A DNA stretch of 64,000 bases, taken from the NCBI RefSeq assembly GCF_057098645.1, contig NZ_CM169472.1, one strand, 5' to 3'. Position numbers and translations under genes: made by a program. Shown here piece by piece: positions 21,483 through 32,294 of the stretch. Below the pieces are notes generated by a model. That model had not been told where the DNA came from. It made no database searches and saw only the letters and a program-made list of their open reading frames with translations. Each line of letters starts with the position of its first letter. The first letter of the stretch is position 1.

Positions 21483-22790
21483 GTGTTTATGTTCAATTTT
21501 GCAGTTAGCCGCGAAAGCCTGTTATCAGGATTTCAGTGGTTTTTCTTTATTTTTTGCAACACGGTTGTGGTTCCTCCTACACTACTTTCTGCTTTTCAGT
21601 TGCCGCAAAGTAGCCTGCTTACGCTCACGCAATATGCTTTTCTTGCTACCGCACTGGCCTGCTTCGCTCAGGCGTTTTGCGGTCATCGTCGCGCTATTAT
21701 GGAAGGGCCGGGGGGCCTGTGGTGGGGAACCATCCTAACTATCACCCTTGGCGAAGCATCGCGCGGGACACCGATCAACGATATCGCTACCAGTCTGGCG
21801 GTGGGGATTGCACTCTCCGGCGTGCTGACGATGTTGATTGGTTTTAGCGGATTAGGCCATCGCCTGGCACGGTTATTTACGCCGTCGGTGATGGTCTTGT
21901 TTATGTTGATGCTGGGCGCGCAGCTGACCACTATCTTTTTCAAAGGTATGCTCGGGCTGCCGTTTGGCATAGCCGACCCGAATTTTAAAATTCAGTTACC
22001 GCCGTTCGCGCTCTCGGTGGCGGTGATGTGCCTGGTACTGGCGATGATTATTTTCCTGCCGCAACGTTTTGCCCGTTATGGCCTGCTGGTCGGCACCATA
22101 ACCGGCTGGTTGTTGTGGTACTTTTGCTTTCCTTCTTCGCATTCGCTCTCCGGTGAGTTGCACTGGCAGTGGTTCCCGCTCGGCAGTGGCGGTGCTTTGT
22201 CTCCGGGGATTATTCTGACGGCGGTGATTACAGGTCTGGTGAATATCAGCAATACCTACGGTGCGATTCGGGGCACGGATGTTTTTTATCCGCAGCAGGG
22301 CGCGGGGAATACGCGTTATCGTCGTAGCTTTGTGGCGACCGGATTTATGACACTGATAACCGTACCGCTGGCGGTAATTCCATTTTCACCGTTTGTTTCA
22401 TCCATTGGTTTATTAACCCAGACTGGCGATTACACGCGGCGTTCGTTTATTTATGGCAGCGTTATTTGCCTGCTGGTGGCGCTGGTTCCGGCACTCACGC
22501 GACTGTTTTGCAGTATCCCTTTACCCGTGAGTAGTGCGGTCATGCTGGTTTCTTATCTGCCTTTACTCTTTTCCGCGCTGGTGTTTAGCCAGCAAATAAC
22601 GTTTACCGCTCGCAATATTTATCGACTCGCATTGCCGTTATTTGTCGGCATATTTTTAATGGCATTACCGCCTGTGTATCTGCAAGACCTTCCATTAACG
22701 CTTCGTCCTCTGCTCAGTAACGGCTTATTGGTCGGGATTTTACTGGCTGTTCTTATGGATAACCTTATTCCGTGGGAACGCATCGAATAA
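21483..22790 (+). CDS. ybbY: Putative purine/uracil permease YbbY
   Basis: About 433-aa multi-TM ORF; exact start codon uncertain (MFMFNF). Confidence 0.8.
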   Translation: MFMFNFAVSRESLLSGFQWFFFIFCNTVVVPPTLLSAFQLPQSSLLTLTQYAFLATALACFAQAFCGHRRAIMEGPGGLWWGTILTITLGEASRGTPINDIATSLAVGIALSGVLTMLIGFSGLGHRLARLFTPSVMVLFMLMLGAQLTTIFFKGMLGLPFGIADPNFKIQLPPFALSVAVMCLVLAMIIFLPQRFARYGLLVGTITGWLLWYFCFPSSHSLSGELHWQWFPLGSGGALSPGIILTAVITGLVNISNTYGAIRGTDVFYPQQGAGNTRYRRSFVATGFMTLITVPLAVIPFSPFVSSIGLLTQTGDYTRRSFIYGSVICLLVALVPALTRLFCSIPLPVSSAVMLVSYLPLLFSALVFSQQITFTARNIYRLALPLFVGIFLMALPPVYLQDLPLTLRPLLSNGLLVGILLAVLMDNLIPWERIE

Positions 22791-22811
22791 TTTGTTGAAA
22801 AAGGATTGATA

Positions 22812-23957
22812 ATGAAGATTGTCATTGCGCCAGACTCTTTTAAAGAGAGCTTAAGTGCAGAAAAATGTTGTCAGGCAATTAAAGCCGGGTTTTCGACCCT
22901 CTTTCCCGATGCGCACTATATCTGTTTACCGATAGCGGATGGCGGCGAAGGGACAGTGGATGCGATGGTCGCCGCGACGGGCGGCAACATCGTGACGCTT
23001 GAAGTCTGCGGGCCGATGGGCGAAAAAGTGAATGCTTTTTATGGCCTTACCGGCGACGGGAAAACGGCGGTGATTGAGATGGCGGCAGCAAGTGGCCTGA
23101 TGCTGGTCGCGCCTGAAAAGCGTAATCCGTTGCTGGCCTCCAGTTTTGGTACGGGGGAGTTAATTCGTCATGCGCTGGATAACGGCATTCGCCATATTAT
23201 TCTCGGCATTGGCGGCAGTGCGACGGTCGACGGCGGTATGGGCATGGCGCAGGCGCTCGGTGTGCGTTTCCTTGATGCCGACGGTCAGGTGCTGGTGGCT
23301 AACGGCGGCAATTTAGCGCGCGTGGAAAGTATTGAGATGGATGAATGCGATCCGCGTCTGGCGAACTGCCATATTGAAGTAGCATGTGACGTTGATAACC
23401 CGCTGGTAGGGGCACGCGGCGCGGCGGCGGTGTTTGGCCCGCAAAAAGGGGCAACGCCGGAAATGGTCGAAGAGCTGGAACAGGGGCTGCAAAATTACGC
23501 CCGTGTTTTACAACAGCAAACTGAAATCAACGTCTGCCAGATGGCGGGCGGCGGCGCTGCGGGCGGTATGGGTATTGCGGCGGCGGTATTTCTCAATGCG
23601 GATATTAAACCGGGTATTGAGATTGTGTTGAATGCGGTCAATCTTGCGCAGGCAGTGCAGGGCGCAGCACTGGTGATTACCGGGGAAGGGCGCATCGACT
23701 CGCAAACGGCAGGCGGTAAAGCGCCGTTGGGTGTGGCGTCGGTGGCGAAACAGTTTAATGTACCGGTGATTGGAATTGCTGGCGTATTGGGTGATGGCGT
23801 GGAAGTGGTACACCAGTACGGCATTGACGCGGTATTCAGCATTTTGCCACGTCTGGCACCTTTAGCCGAAGTGCTCGCCAGCGGTGAAACCAATCTCTTC
23901 AACAGCGCGCGAAATATTGCCTGCGCCATTAAAATAGGTCAGGGAATTAAAAACTGA
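22812..23957 (+). CDS. glxK: Glycerate kinase II
   Basis: Start at [14 protein letters not shown] gives 381 aa. Confidence 0.85.
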   Translation: MKIVIAPDSFKESLSAEKCCQAIKAGFSTLFPDAHYICLPIADGGEGTVDAMVAATGGNIVTLEVCGPMGEKVNAFYGLTGDGKTAVIEMAAASGLMLVAPEKRNPLLASSFGTGELIRHALDNGIRHIILGIGGSATVDGGMGMAQALGVRFLDADGQVLVANGGNLARVESIEMDECDPRLANCHIEVACDVDNPLVGARGAAAVFGPQKGATPEMVEELEQGLQNYARVLQQQTEINVCQMAGGGAAGGMGIAAAVFLNADIKPGIEIVLNAVNLAQAVQGAALVITGEGRIDSQTAGGKAPLGVASVAKQFNVPVIGIAGVLGDGVEVVHQYGIDAVFSILPRLAPLAEVLASGETNLFNSARNIACAIKIGQGIKN

Positions 23958-23971
23958 CTCTTACCTTTAAA

Positions 23972-24001
23972 GCGGATGCGATTTATTTCGCATCTTTTTT
24001 T
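23972..24001 (+). terminator. Rho-independent terminator after glxK
   Basis: gatgcgaaataaatcgcatc hairpin followed by a T tract. Confidence 0.65.
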
Positions 24002-24013
24002 ACCTGAATTTAC

Positions 24014-24043
24014 TACAAAAAAAGCCACGGTATAAACCGTGGC
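24014..24043 (-). terminator. Rho-independent terminator after allE
   Basis: gccacggt-ataa-accgtggc hairpin with a T-run on the minus strand. Confidence 0.6.
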
Positions 24044-24085
24044 AAAATCCAACATAGCTAAAAATAATCAGGCGAGTGGTATGAC

Positions 24086-24871
24086 TTAAATCTCTACGTC
24101 GCGGTTACAATCTTTCGAGTAAATATAGCTGAACGCTTCACCACGCCCTACGCCATAACCAGCCTGTAAAGAATAAGCGCCCATAAAGATGTAATCGCCT
24201 TTTTTCACCGGGATCCAGTTATTGTCGAGGTTATAAACCCCCTGACCGGAAAGAATATAGGCACCGTGTTCCTGAACGTGTGTTTCGATATAACCATGGC
24301 TGGCACCTGGTGCAAAAGAGAGGATATGCATGTTCATATCAAAACCTAACTCTTTGGGCAGAAAATCCAGCAGGATCACATCATCCATACCTTCATAGTG
24401 AATGCGTTCCAGTTCGCTGGCATTGCCAGAAACCAGCCACGGTGCATGGCCTTCTACCGGAACATAGCGGCGCTTATATAAAAAGATTTGGCTGTCTTCG
24501 GCCTGGGCGTTAACAAACGTCATTAAGGAGCCAGGCGGGCAATAAAGATAGCCACCTTCACTTAAGGCAAATGTTTTGCCTTCGGCTTTGGCAGTGATAT
24601 TTCCAGAGATCACATACAGGAACGTTTCAATGCCTTCGCCACCGAAGCCCTGTTGGTTGCCACCGTTTTGATGCAGTGTGACCAGATAATCAACAAAAGA
24701 GGCACCCAGCTTTGGCGTGGAGAGGATTGTCGCGTCACAATTTTCAAAGCCCGGAATAATATTTTTTACCAGACCGTCTGGTGTTAACAGTGCGAAATTA
24801 CCGTGTTTCACAATCGCACGGTTAGCCAGTAAATCATCGCGGTAACCGGTGACGTTATTTAAATATCCCAT
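24086..24871 (-). CDS. allE: (S)-ureidoglycine aminohydrolase (cupin)
   Basis: 261 aa; position matches AllE (YlbA). Confidence 0.85.
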   Translation of the reverse strand: MGYLNNVTGYRDDLLANRAIVKHGNFALLTPDGLVKNIIPGFENCDATILSTPKLGASFVDYLVTLHQNGGNQQGFGGEGIETFLYVISGNITAKAEGKTFALSEGGYLYCPPGSLMTFVNAQAEDSQIFLYKRRYVPVEGHAPWLVSGNASELERIHYEGMDDVILLDFLPKELGFDMNMHILSFAPGASHGYIETHVQEHGAYILSGQGVYNLDNNWIPVKKGDYIFMGAYSLQAGYGVGRGEAFSYIYSKDCNRDVEI

Positions 24872-24881
24872 TTATGACTCC

Positions 24882-26117
24882 TTATTTCTGCCAGGCAAGT
24901 TGATAAAGCATGAGTGCCAACGTTTTGACCCCTTCGGCAAGGTCGGTAATATTGGTGCGTTCTGCCGGGTTATGGCTGATCCCGTTGATGCTGGGAATGA
25001 AAATCATGCAGGTCGGCACGCGAGGCGCGAAAATTTGTGCGTCGTGCCCGGCACCACTGTGCATCACCCGGTAATTCAGTTTTTCGCTTTCACACAATTC
25101 TGTCAGGGTGGCGACCAGGTCCTTATTCATCGGCACCGGTTCTTCGTCCATCCATAAATCGATATCAATACCAATGTCCATTTCATCGCAAATCGCCCGC
25201 ATGTCGTTTTCTAACTGTTGGGTGAAATCACGCAGCACGGCGGCGTCGGTATGACGACAATCAATGGTGAACGTGGTTTTACCCGGCACCACATTCACCG
25301 TATTCGGGCGCGGCTCTACTTTCCCAAAGGTCAGCACCAGCGGGTCGCCCATCTTTTTCGCTTTTTCGATCGCCTGATGGCAAATGCGACTGAAAGCGTA
25401 AACCGTATCACGACGATAACCCATCGGCGTGGTGCCTGCATGGTTTGATTCGCCGTTCAGCGTCACCGTATAGCGACGTTGCCCGACAATTGCATTCACC
25501 ACGCCAATTGATTGCCCATTACTTTCCAGCACACAGCCCTGTTCGATATGCAGTTCGACAAAGGCTTTAATATCCTGACGCGGAGTTAGCGGGGCGTCCG
25601 GCAGAGTAAATCCGCAAGCCTTCATCGCATCGACAAAACTATTTCCTTTGGCATCACAGATATTCCGCACGTCGTCAGGATTCGCCAGTCCAAAGATATT
25701 TTTACTGCCCCAGAAAACATACGGGAAGCGGCTGCCTTCTTCTTCCGCCATCGCCACCACTTCAACCGTACGCAGCGGTGCGCCGTATTGAGTTTTCAGC
25801 CTGTCAATTGCCAGCCACGCCGCCAGCGCGCCGAATTGCCCGTCGAGGTTACCGCCGTTAACCACGGTATCGATATGCGAACCGCTCAGAACCACTTCCT
25901 GTGGATATTCGGTGCCACTCAGGCGACCGTATAAATTCCCCACTTCATCGAAACGTGTTTCCAGCCCACTTGCGGCCATTCTTTTTTTAAATTGCTGCTG
26001 GGTTTCCAGCCATTCCGGCGAATAAAGTAAACGGGTCATCCCACCCGTTGGGTCAGCGCCAAATGAGGAAAGCCAGGGCAGCGCTTCTTCTATGGCTTGA
26101 CGAAAATGTGTAATCAT
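24882..26117 (-). CDS. allC: Allantoate amidohydrolase
   Basis: Start at MITHFRQAIEE gives 411 aa; M20 peptidase family. Confidence 0.85.
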   Translation of the reverse strand: MITHFRQAIEEALPWLSSFGADPTGGMTRLLYSPEWLETQQQFKKRMAASGLETRFDEVGNLYGRLSGTEYPQEVVLSGSHIDTVVNGGNLDGQFGALAAWLAIDRLKTQYGAPLRTVEVVAMAEEEGSRFPYVFWGSKNIFGLANPDDVRNICDAKGNSFVDAMKACGFTLPDAPLTPRQDIKAFVELHIEQGCVLESNGQSIGVVNAIVGQRRYTVTLNGESNHAGTTPMGYRRDTVYAFSRICHQAIEKAKKMGDPLVLTFGKVEPRPNTVNVVPGKTTFTIDCRHTDAAVLRDFTQQLENDMRAICDEMDIGIDIDLWMDEEPVPMNKDLVATLTELCESEKLNYRVMHSGAGHDAQIFAPRVPTCMIFIPSINGISHNPAERTNITDLAEGVKTLALMLYQLAWQK

Positions 26118-26138
26118 AAGAAAGTCCTGTCTCAATAA

Positions 26139-27188
26139 TTATTGCGCAAAGGGATTTTTCGTTTCGTATGACGTGTTATAAAGCGCGTCGGAAATTAAAT
26201 ACTGGTAAATATCATCAACAATTTCGATGCCTTCGACGGCGGCTTTGCGTTGTTTAATATCCTGATCCTGTCCGGGATAATAAACCTGATTTAAACCGGG
26301 CGCGGGGGTAATGGCATTTAATTCGCGCATGGTCTGGCTAAGATGTTGACGGAATAATTCGCTGGAGGAGAAAAAGTTCGGGTTAATAACTACATGTAAT
26401 TGCCCCAAATTACGCCCGGCGTGTAAATCGTCATACATCGAACTAACCTGTCGCCCGAACGGTAAGCCGAGTAAGACGCCTGAGAGGACGTCAATCATCA
26501 TCATCAGGCCATACCCTTTCGGCCCGGCTGCGGGGAGCAGAGCATGTACCGCGAACGGATCGGTTGTTGGTGCACCGTTTTTATCGACCGCCCAGGTATC
26601 CGGGATAGACATATTACGCGAGCGGGCGTCGAGCACTTTTCCCCATGCCTGTACGGTAGTCGCCATATCAAAGGTAAGGATCTCGTCGCCTTCTCCCGGC
26701 GCGGCAAAGGCCAGTGGGTTAGTACCGTAGTAAATTTCCGCGCCGCCAAACGGCACCACCATCGGATCGGACTGGCACATCGAAATGCCAATTAATCCGG
26801 CGCGGGCTGCCTGCTGCACAAAATAAGAGATTGCGCCGCTGTGACCCATCCGGCTGATACCGACCACCGCAACGCCATTTTGCTGGGCGGTTTTGATGGC
26901 ATGTTCCATACCCATTTTCGCCGCGACCTGTCCGGCGGCATTGTCGGCATGTAAAATTGCCGAGCACGGCCCGGTTTCCTCAAGACGAAACTCCGGTTCG
27001 CGGTTGGTGCCGCCTTTTGAAATGCGTTCCGCGTAGTATTCCACGCGCACCGCGTCATGAGAGTGGATCCCTCTGGCATCGGCGTAAACCAATACTTCAG
27101 CCACGGTTGCAGCGTGCTCACGTTTTAACCCAGCCTGGCAGAGTTTATTCTCAATTAGCTGGTGGAGTGTTTCCCGACTGATTTTCAT
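26139..27188 (-). CDS. allD: Ureidoglycolate dehydrogenase
   Basis: 349 aa; position matches AllD. Confidence 0.85.
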   Translation of the reverse strand: MKISRETLHQLIENKLCQAGLKREHAATVAEVLVYADARGIHSHDAVRVEYYAERISKGGTNREPEFRLEETGPCSAILHADNAAGQVAAKMGMEHAIKTAQQNGVAVVGISRMGHSGAISYFVQQAARAGLIGISMCQSDPMVVPFGGAEIYYGTNPLAFAAPGEGDEILTFDMATTVQAWGKVLDARSRNMSIPDTWAVDKNGAPTTDPFAVHALLPAAGPKGYGLMMMIDVLSGVLLGLPFGRQVSSMYDDLHAGRNLGQLHVVINPNFFSSSELFRQHLSQTMRELNAITPAPGLNQVYYPGQDQDIKQRKAAVEGIEIVDDIYQYLISDALYNTSYETKNPFAQ

Positions 27189-27505
27189 CTGTCTTCCTTT
27201 TTAACGACGGTGTGAAGCATGACTGCAATTAACATACAGGGAAAATATCTGGATTATGTGATCCAGACAGGCAAAAAAATATAGTTAGAATTTATTTGAT
27301 AATCTTCGCGCTTTTAACCTGGTTGTTTAAAACAACCATGCTTATTAAAAAATAACGCGTAATAGTCTGGCGGTTATTTGAATTCTTTTGTTAATAATCC
27401 CTGTGTGATATTCATCACCTTATTTACTCGTTGTCATCGATACCGTAATCGCCACATTAACACTGCTCGTGCAATTGCCATGGGTGCAATTTTTAAGGAG
27501 TTGTT

Positions 27506-29173
27506 ATGATCCACGCCTTTATTAAAAAAGGGTGTTTTCAGGATTCGGTCAGTTTAATGATTATTTCACGAAAACTCAGCGAATCAGAAAATGTTGATGA
27601 TGTTTCCGTAATGATGGGTACGCCCGCCAATAAAGCGTTATTAGATACCACAGGTTTCTGGCATGACGATTTTAATAACGCCACGCCGAACGATATTTGC
27701 GTGGCAATTCGTAGCGAAGCGGCGGATGCGGGGATCGCGCAGGCGATTATGCAGCAGCTTGAAGAGGCGCTAAAACAACTGGCGCAGGGGTCAGGCAGCA
27801 GCCAGGCGTTGACGCAGGTGCGTCGCTGGGACAGTGCCTGTCAGAAATTACCCGATGCCAATCTGGCGCTGATTTCAGTGGCTGGCGAGTATGCGGCGGA
27901 GCTGGCGAATCAGGCGCTGGATCGCAACCTCAACGTGATGATGTTCTCCGATAACGTTACGCTGGAAGATGAAATCCAACTTAAAACCCGCGCGCGGGAA
28001 AAAGGCTTGCTGGTGATGGGGCCAGACTGCGGTACGTCGATGATTGCCGCCACGCCGCTGGCTTTTGCTAACGTGATGCCGGAAGGCAATATTGGCGTCA
28101 TTGGCGCTTCCGGTACCGGGATTCAGGAGCTGTGTTCGCAGATTGCGCTGGCAGGGGAGGGAATTACTCACGCGATTGGCCTTGGCGGGCGCGACCTCAG
28201 CCGTGAAGTGGGCGGCATCAGTGCGCTAACAGCGCTGGAAATGCTCAGTGCAGACGAGAAAAGCGAAGTGCTGGCATTTGTTTCAAAACCACCTGCCGAT
28301 GCTGTGCGTCTGAAAATTGTTAATGCCATGAAAGCAACCGGCAAACCGACGGTGGCGCTGTTTTTAGGTTATACCCCGGCGGTGGCCCGCGACGAGAATG
28401 TCTGGTTTGCCTCCTCGCTGGATGAGGCCGCACGCCTGGCTTGCCTGCTTTCACGCGTTACGGCGCGACGTAACGCGATAACGCCTGCCAGCAGCGGATT
28501 TATTTGCGGTTTGTATACCGGCGGTACGCTGGCTGCCGAAGCGGCGGGATTACTTGCCGGACACCTTGGCGTGGAAGCCGATGATGCCCATCATCACGGC
28601 ATGATGCTCGACGCCGATGGTCACCAGATTATTGACCTCGGCGATGATTTCTACACCGTCGGGCGTCCCCATCCGATGATCGACCCAACCTTACGCAACC
28701 AGTTAATTACCGATCTCGGCGCTAAACCGCAAGTGCGTGTGCTGCTGCTTGATGTCGTGATTGGCTTCGGTGCGACCGCCGATCCTGCCGCCTCGCTGGT
28801 AAGCGCCTGGCAAAAAGCCTGTGCTGCGCGTTCAGACAATCAACCACTGTATGCCATTGCCACGGTGACAGGCACTGAACGTGACCCGCAATGCCGCTCG
28901 CAGCAAATCGCCAAGCTGGAAGATGCGGGGATTGCGGTCGTGAGTTCGCTACCGGAAGCCACCTTGCTGGCGGCAGCGTTAATTCATCCGCTCTCGCCTG
29001 CCGCACAGCAACACACACCGTCATTACTGGAAAACGTCGCCGTGATTAACATCGGATTACGCAGTTTTGCGCTGGAGCTACAAAGCGCCAGCAAACCGGT
29101 TGTGCATTACCAATGGTCGCCAGTCGCCGGCGGCAATAAAAAACTGGCTCGTTTATTAGAACGTTTGCAATAA
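27506..29173 (+). CDS. fdrA: FdrA, CoA-ligase-like subunit of the oxamate carbamoyltransferase operon
   Basis: 555 aa; position matches FdrA. Confidence 0.85.
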   Translation: MIHAFIKKGCFQDSVSLMIISRKLSESENVDDVSVMMGTPANKALLDTTGFWHDDFNNATPNDICVAIRSEAADAGIAQAIMQQLEEALKQLAQGSGSSQALTQVRRWDSACQKLPDANLALISVAGEYAAELANQALDRNLNVMMFSDNVTLEDEIQLKTRAREKGLLVMGPDCGTSMIAATPLAFANVMPEGNIGVIGASGTGIQELCSQIALAGEGITHAIGLGGRDLSREVGGISALTALEMLSADEKSEVLAFVSKPPADAVRLKIVNAMKATGKPTVALFLGYTPAVARDENVWFASSLDEAARLACLLSRVTARRNAITPASSGFICGLYTGGTLAAEAAGLLAGHLGVEADDAHHHGMMLDADGHQIIDLGDDFYTVGRPHPMIDPTLRNQLITDLGAKPQVRVLLLDVVIGFGATADPAASLVSAWQKACAARSDNQPLYAIATVTGTERDPQCRSQQIAKLEDAGIAVVSSLPEATLLAAALIHPLSPAAQQHTPSLLENVAVINIGLRSFALELQSASKPVVHYQWSPVAGGNKKLARLLERLQ

Positions 29174-29182
29174 GGGGTTCCC

Positions 29183-30442
29183 ATGTTTACATCAGTGGCG
29201 CAAGCCAATGCTGCGGTTATCGAACAAATTCGTCGCGCTCGTCCACACTGGCTGGATGTGCAACCGGCTTCTTCACTTATCAGCGAACTAAACCAGGGCA
29301 AAACACTGCTTCACGCCGGGCCGCCAATGCGCTGGCAGGAGATGACCGGACCCATGAAAGGGGCGTGCGTGGGCGCATGTCTGTTCGAAGGTTGGGCGAA
29401 AGATGAAGCGCAGGCGCTGGCAATACTGGAGCAGGGGGAAGTGAACTTCATTCCTTGTCACCATGTGAATGCCGTCGGGCCAATGGGCGGTATTACTTCT
29501 GCCAGTATGCCGATGCTGGTGGTCGAGAACGTGACCGACGGCAACCGGGCGTACTGCAACCTCAACGAAGGTATCGGCAAAGTGATGCGTTTTGGCGCTT
29601 ACGGCGAAGATGTCCTGACTCGCCATCGCTGGATGCGCGATGTGTTAATGCCAGTATTAAGCGCGGCGCTGGGGCGCATGGAGCGCGGTATCGATCTCAC
29701 GGCAATGATGGCGCAGGGCATTACGATGGGCGATGAGTTCCATCAACGCAATATTGCTTCCTCAGCACTGTTAATGCGTACGCTGGCCCCACAAATTGCT
29801 CGCCTCGATCATGATAAACAGCACATTGCGGAAGTGATGGATTTCCTCAGCGTGACCGATCAGTTCTTCCTCAACCTCGCGATGGCTTACTGCAAGGCGG
29901 CGATGGATGCTGGCGCGATGATCCGCGCAGGCAGCATCGTCACGGCAATGACCCGCAACGGCAATATGTTCGGGATTCGGGTAAGCGGGCTGGGCGAACG
30001 CTGGTTTACTGCGCCTGTAAACACTCCGCAAGGTCTGTTTTTCACCGGCTTCTCGCAGGAGCAGGCGAACCCGGATATGGGCGATAGCGCGATTACCGAA
30101 ACCTTTGGTATCGGAGGTGCGGCAATGATCGCAGCGCCTGGCGTAACGCGCTTTGTCGGTGCGGGTGGCATGGAAGCGGCCAGGGCGGTATCTGAAGAGA
30201 TGGCGGAAATTTACCTTGAACGCAATATGCAGTTGCAGATCCCAAGCTGGGATTTTCAGGGCGCGTGCCTGGGGCTGGATATTCGTCGCGTGGTAGAAAC
30301 CGGCATTACGCCACTCATCAATACCGGTATCGCCCATAAAGAGGCGGGGATCGGGCAGATTGGCGCAGGCACCGTGCGGGCACCGCTGGCGTGCTTTGAA
30401 CAGGCGCTGGAAGCACTGGCTGAAAGCATGGGGATTGGTTGA
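29183..30442 (+). CDS. ylbE: YlbE (DUF1116), apparently intact
   Basis: Uninterrupted 419-aa ORF. Confidence 0.8.
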
Positions 30443-30452
30443 GGAACGCGCA

Positions 30453-31268
30453 ATGACGATCATCCATCCTCTGCTTGCCAGTAGTAGCGCACCGAATTAT
30501 CGCCAGTCCTGGCGGTTAGCGGGAGTGTGGCGGCGGGCGATTAACCTGATGACGGAAAGCGGCGAACTGTTAACGCTGCATCGTCAGGGTAGTGGTTTCG
30601 GCCCTGGAGGATGGGTGCTTCGCCGCGCTCAATTCGATGCGTTATGCGGTGGATTATGCGGCAATGAACGACCACAGGTTGTGGCTCAAGGGATTCGCCT
30701 CGGGCGTTTTACGGTTAAACAGCCACAGCGTTATTGTTTGCTGCGTATTACGCCGCCTGCGCATCCTCAACCGCTTGCAGCTGCATGGATGCAACGCGCG
30801 GAGGAAACCGGGCTTTTCGGGCCACTGGCGTTGGCGGCAAGCGATCCGCTGCCTGCTGAGTTACGCCAGTTTCGTCACTGTTTTCAGGCCGCGCTCAATG
30901 GCGTTAAGACCGACTGGCGGCACTGGCTGGGTAAAGGCCCCGGATTAACGCCGAGTCATGATGACACGCTGAGCGGAATGCTGCTGGCGGCCTGGTATTA
31001 TGGCGCTTTAGATGCGCGCTCCGGTCGTCCGTTTTTTGCCTGTTCCGACAATCTGCAACTCGTTACCACAGCGGTGAGCGTCAGTTATTTACGTTATGCC
31101 GCGCAAGGATATTTCGCCTCGCCACTCCTGCACTTTGTTCATGCTCTGAGTTGCCCGAAACGTACCGCTGTTGCGATTGATTCGCTGCTGGCGCTGGGGC
31201 ATACGTCAGGGGCAGATACACTGCTGGGGTTCTGGCTTGGTCAACAATTATTACAAGGAAAACCATGA
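30453..31268 (+). CDS. ylbF: YlbF (DUF2877)
   Basis: Start at MTIIHPLL gives 271 aa; the longer 302-aa track ORF overlaps ylbE and is probably an upstream extension. Confidence 0.75.
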
Positions 31269-32158
31269 AAACACTGGTTGTAGCTCTTGGGGGCAATGCC
31301 TTGCTTCAGCGCGGTGAGGCGCTGACGGCAGAAAATCAATATCGCAATATCGCCAGTGCTGTACCCGCGCTGGCGCGCCTGGCCCGTTCTTATCGGCTGG
31401 CGATTGTTCACGGCAACGGGCCGCAGGTGGGGCTGCTGGCATTGCAGAATCTGGCGTGGAAAGAGGTAGAACCGTATCCGCTGGATGTGCTGGTGGCAGA
31501 AAGTCAGGGGATGATTGGCTATATGCTGGCGCAGAGTTTGAGCGCACAGCCGCAGATGCCGCCCGTGACGACGGTGCTGACGCGCATTGAGGTTTCGCCT
31601 GATGATCCGGCGTTTTTGCAGCCAGAGAAATTTATTGGTCCGGTTTATCAGCCAGAAGAACAAGAGGCACTGGAAGCGGCTTACGGCTGGCAGATGAAAC
31701 GTGATGGTAAATATTTACGCCGGGTGGTGGCGTCTCCGCAACCGCGTAAAATTCTCGACAGCGAAGCCATCGAGTTGTTGCTCAAAGAGGGGCATGTGGT
31801 GATTTGCAGTGGCGGCGGCGGTGTGCCTGTGACGGATGACGGAGCAGGGAGTGAAGCAGTGATTGATAAAGATCTCGCCGCTGCGTTGCTCGCCGAGCAG
31901 ATTAATGCAGATGGACTGGTGATCCTCACCGATGCTGATGCGGTATATGAAAACTGGGGAACGCCGCAGCAACGCGCCATTCGCCATGCCACACCGGATG
32001 AGTTAGCGCCATTTGCCAAAGCCGATGGTTCGATGGGGCCGAAGGTAACGGCGGTGAGTGGTTATGTCAGAAGCCGTGGTAAACCCGCGTGGATTGGGGC
32101 GTTATCGCGAATTGAAGAGACGCTGGCGGGAGAAGCGGGGACCTGTATTTCGCTGTAG
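31265..32158 (+). CDS. ybcF: Carbamate kinase-like protein
   Basis: 297 aa amino-acid-kinase fold; 4-nt overlap with ylbF. Confidence 0.85.
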
Positions 32159-32189
32159 TGATGAGAGCATCCGGCAATCGGCGCACCAT

Positions 32190-32275
32190 GCCTGATGCGA
32201 CGCTTGACGCGTCTTATCAGGCCTACAATGGGTACCGGAGCGGTAAGTCGGATAAGGCGTTCACGCCGCATCCGG
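32190..32275. repeat. REP/BIME palindromic repeats
   Basis: gcctgatgcgacgcttgacgcgtcttatcaggcctac ... ggataaggcgttcacgccgcatccggc. Confidence 0.6.
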
Positions 32276-32294
32276 CAATCAAATGAGCACCTGC

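Noticed and set aside
23495-23929. 144-aa and 101-aa minus-strand ORFs inside glxK
   Set aside because: Antisense, Ala/Pro/Arg-rich, typical of a high-GC antisense frame.
29771-30463. 230-aa minus-strand ORF opposite ylbE/ylbF
   Set aside because: Antisense to two well-supported co-directional genes; no SD.
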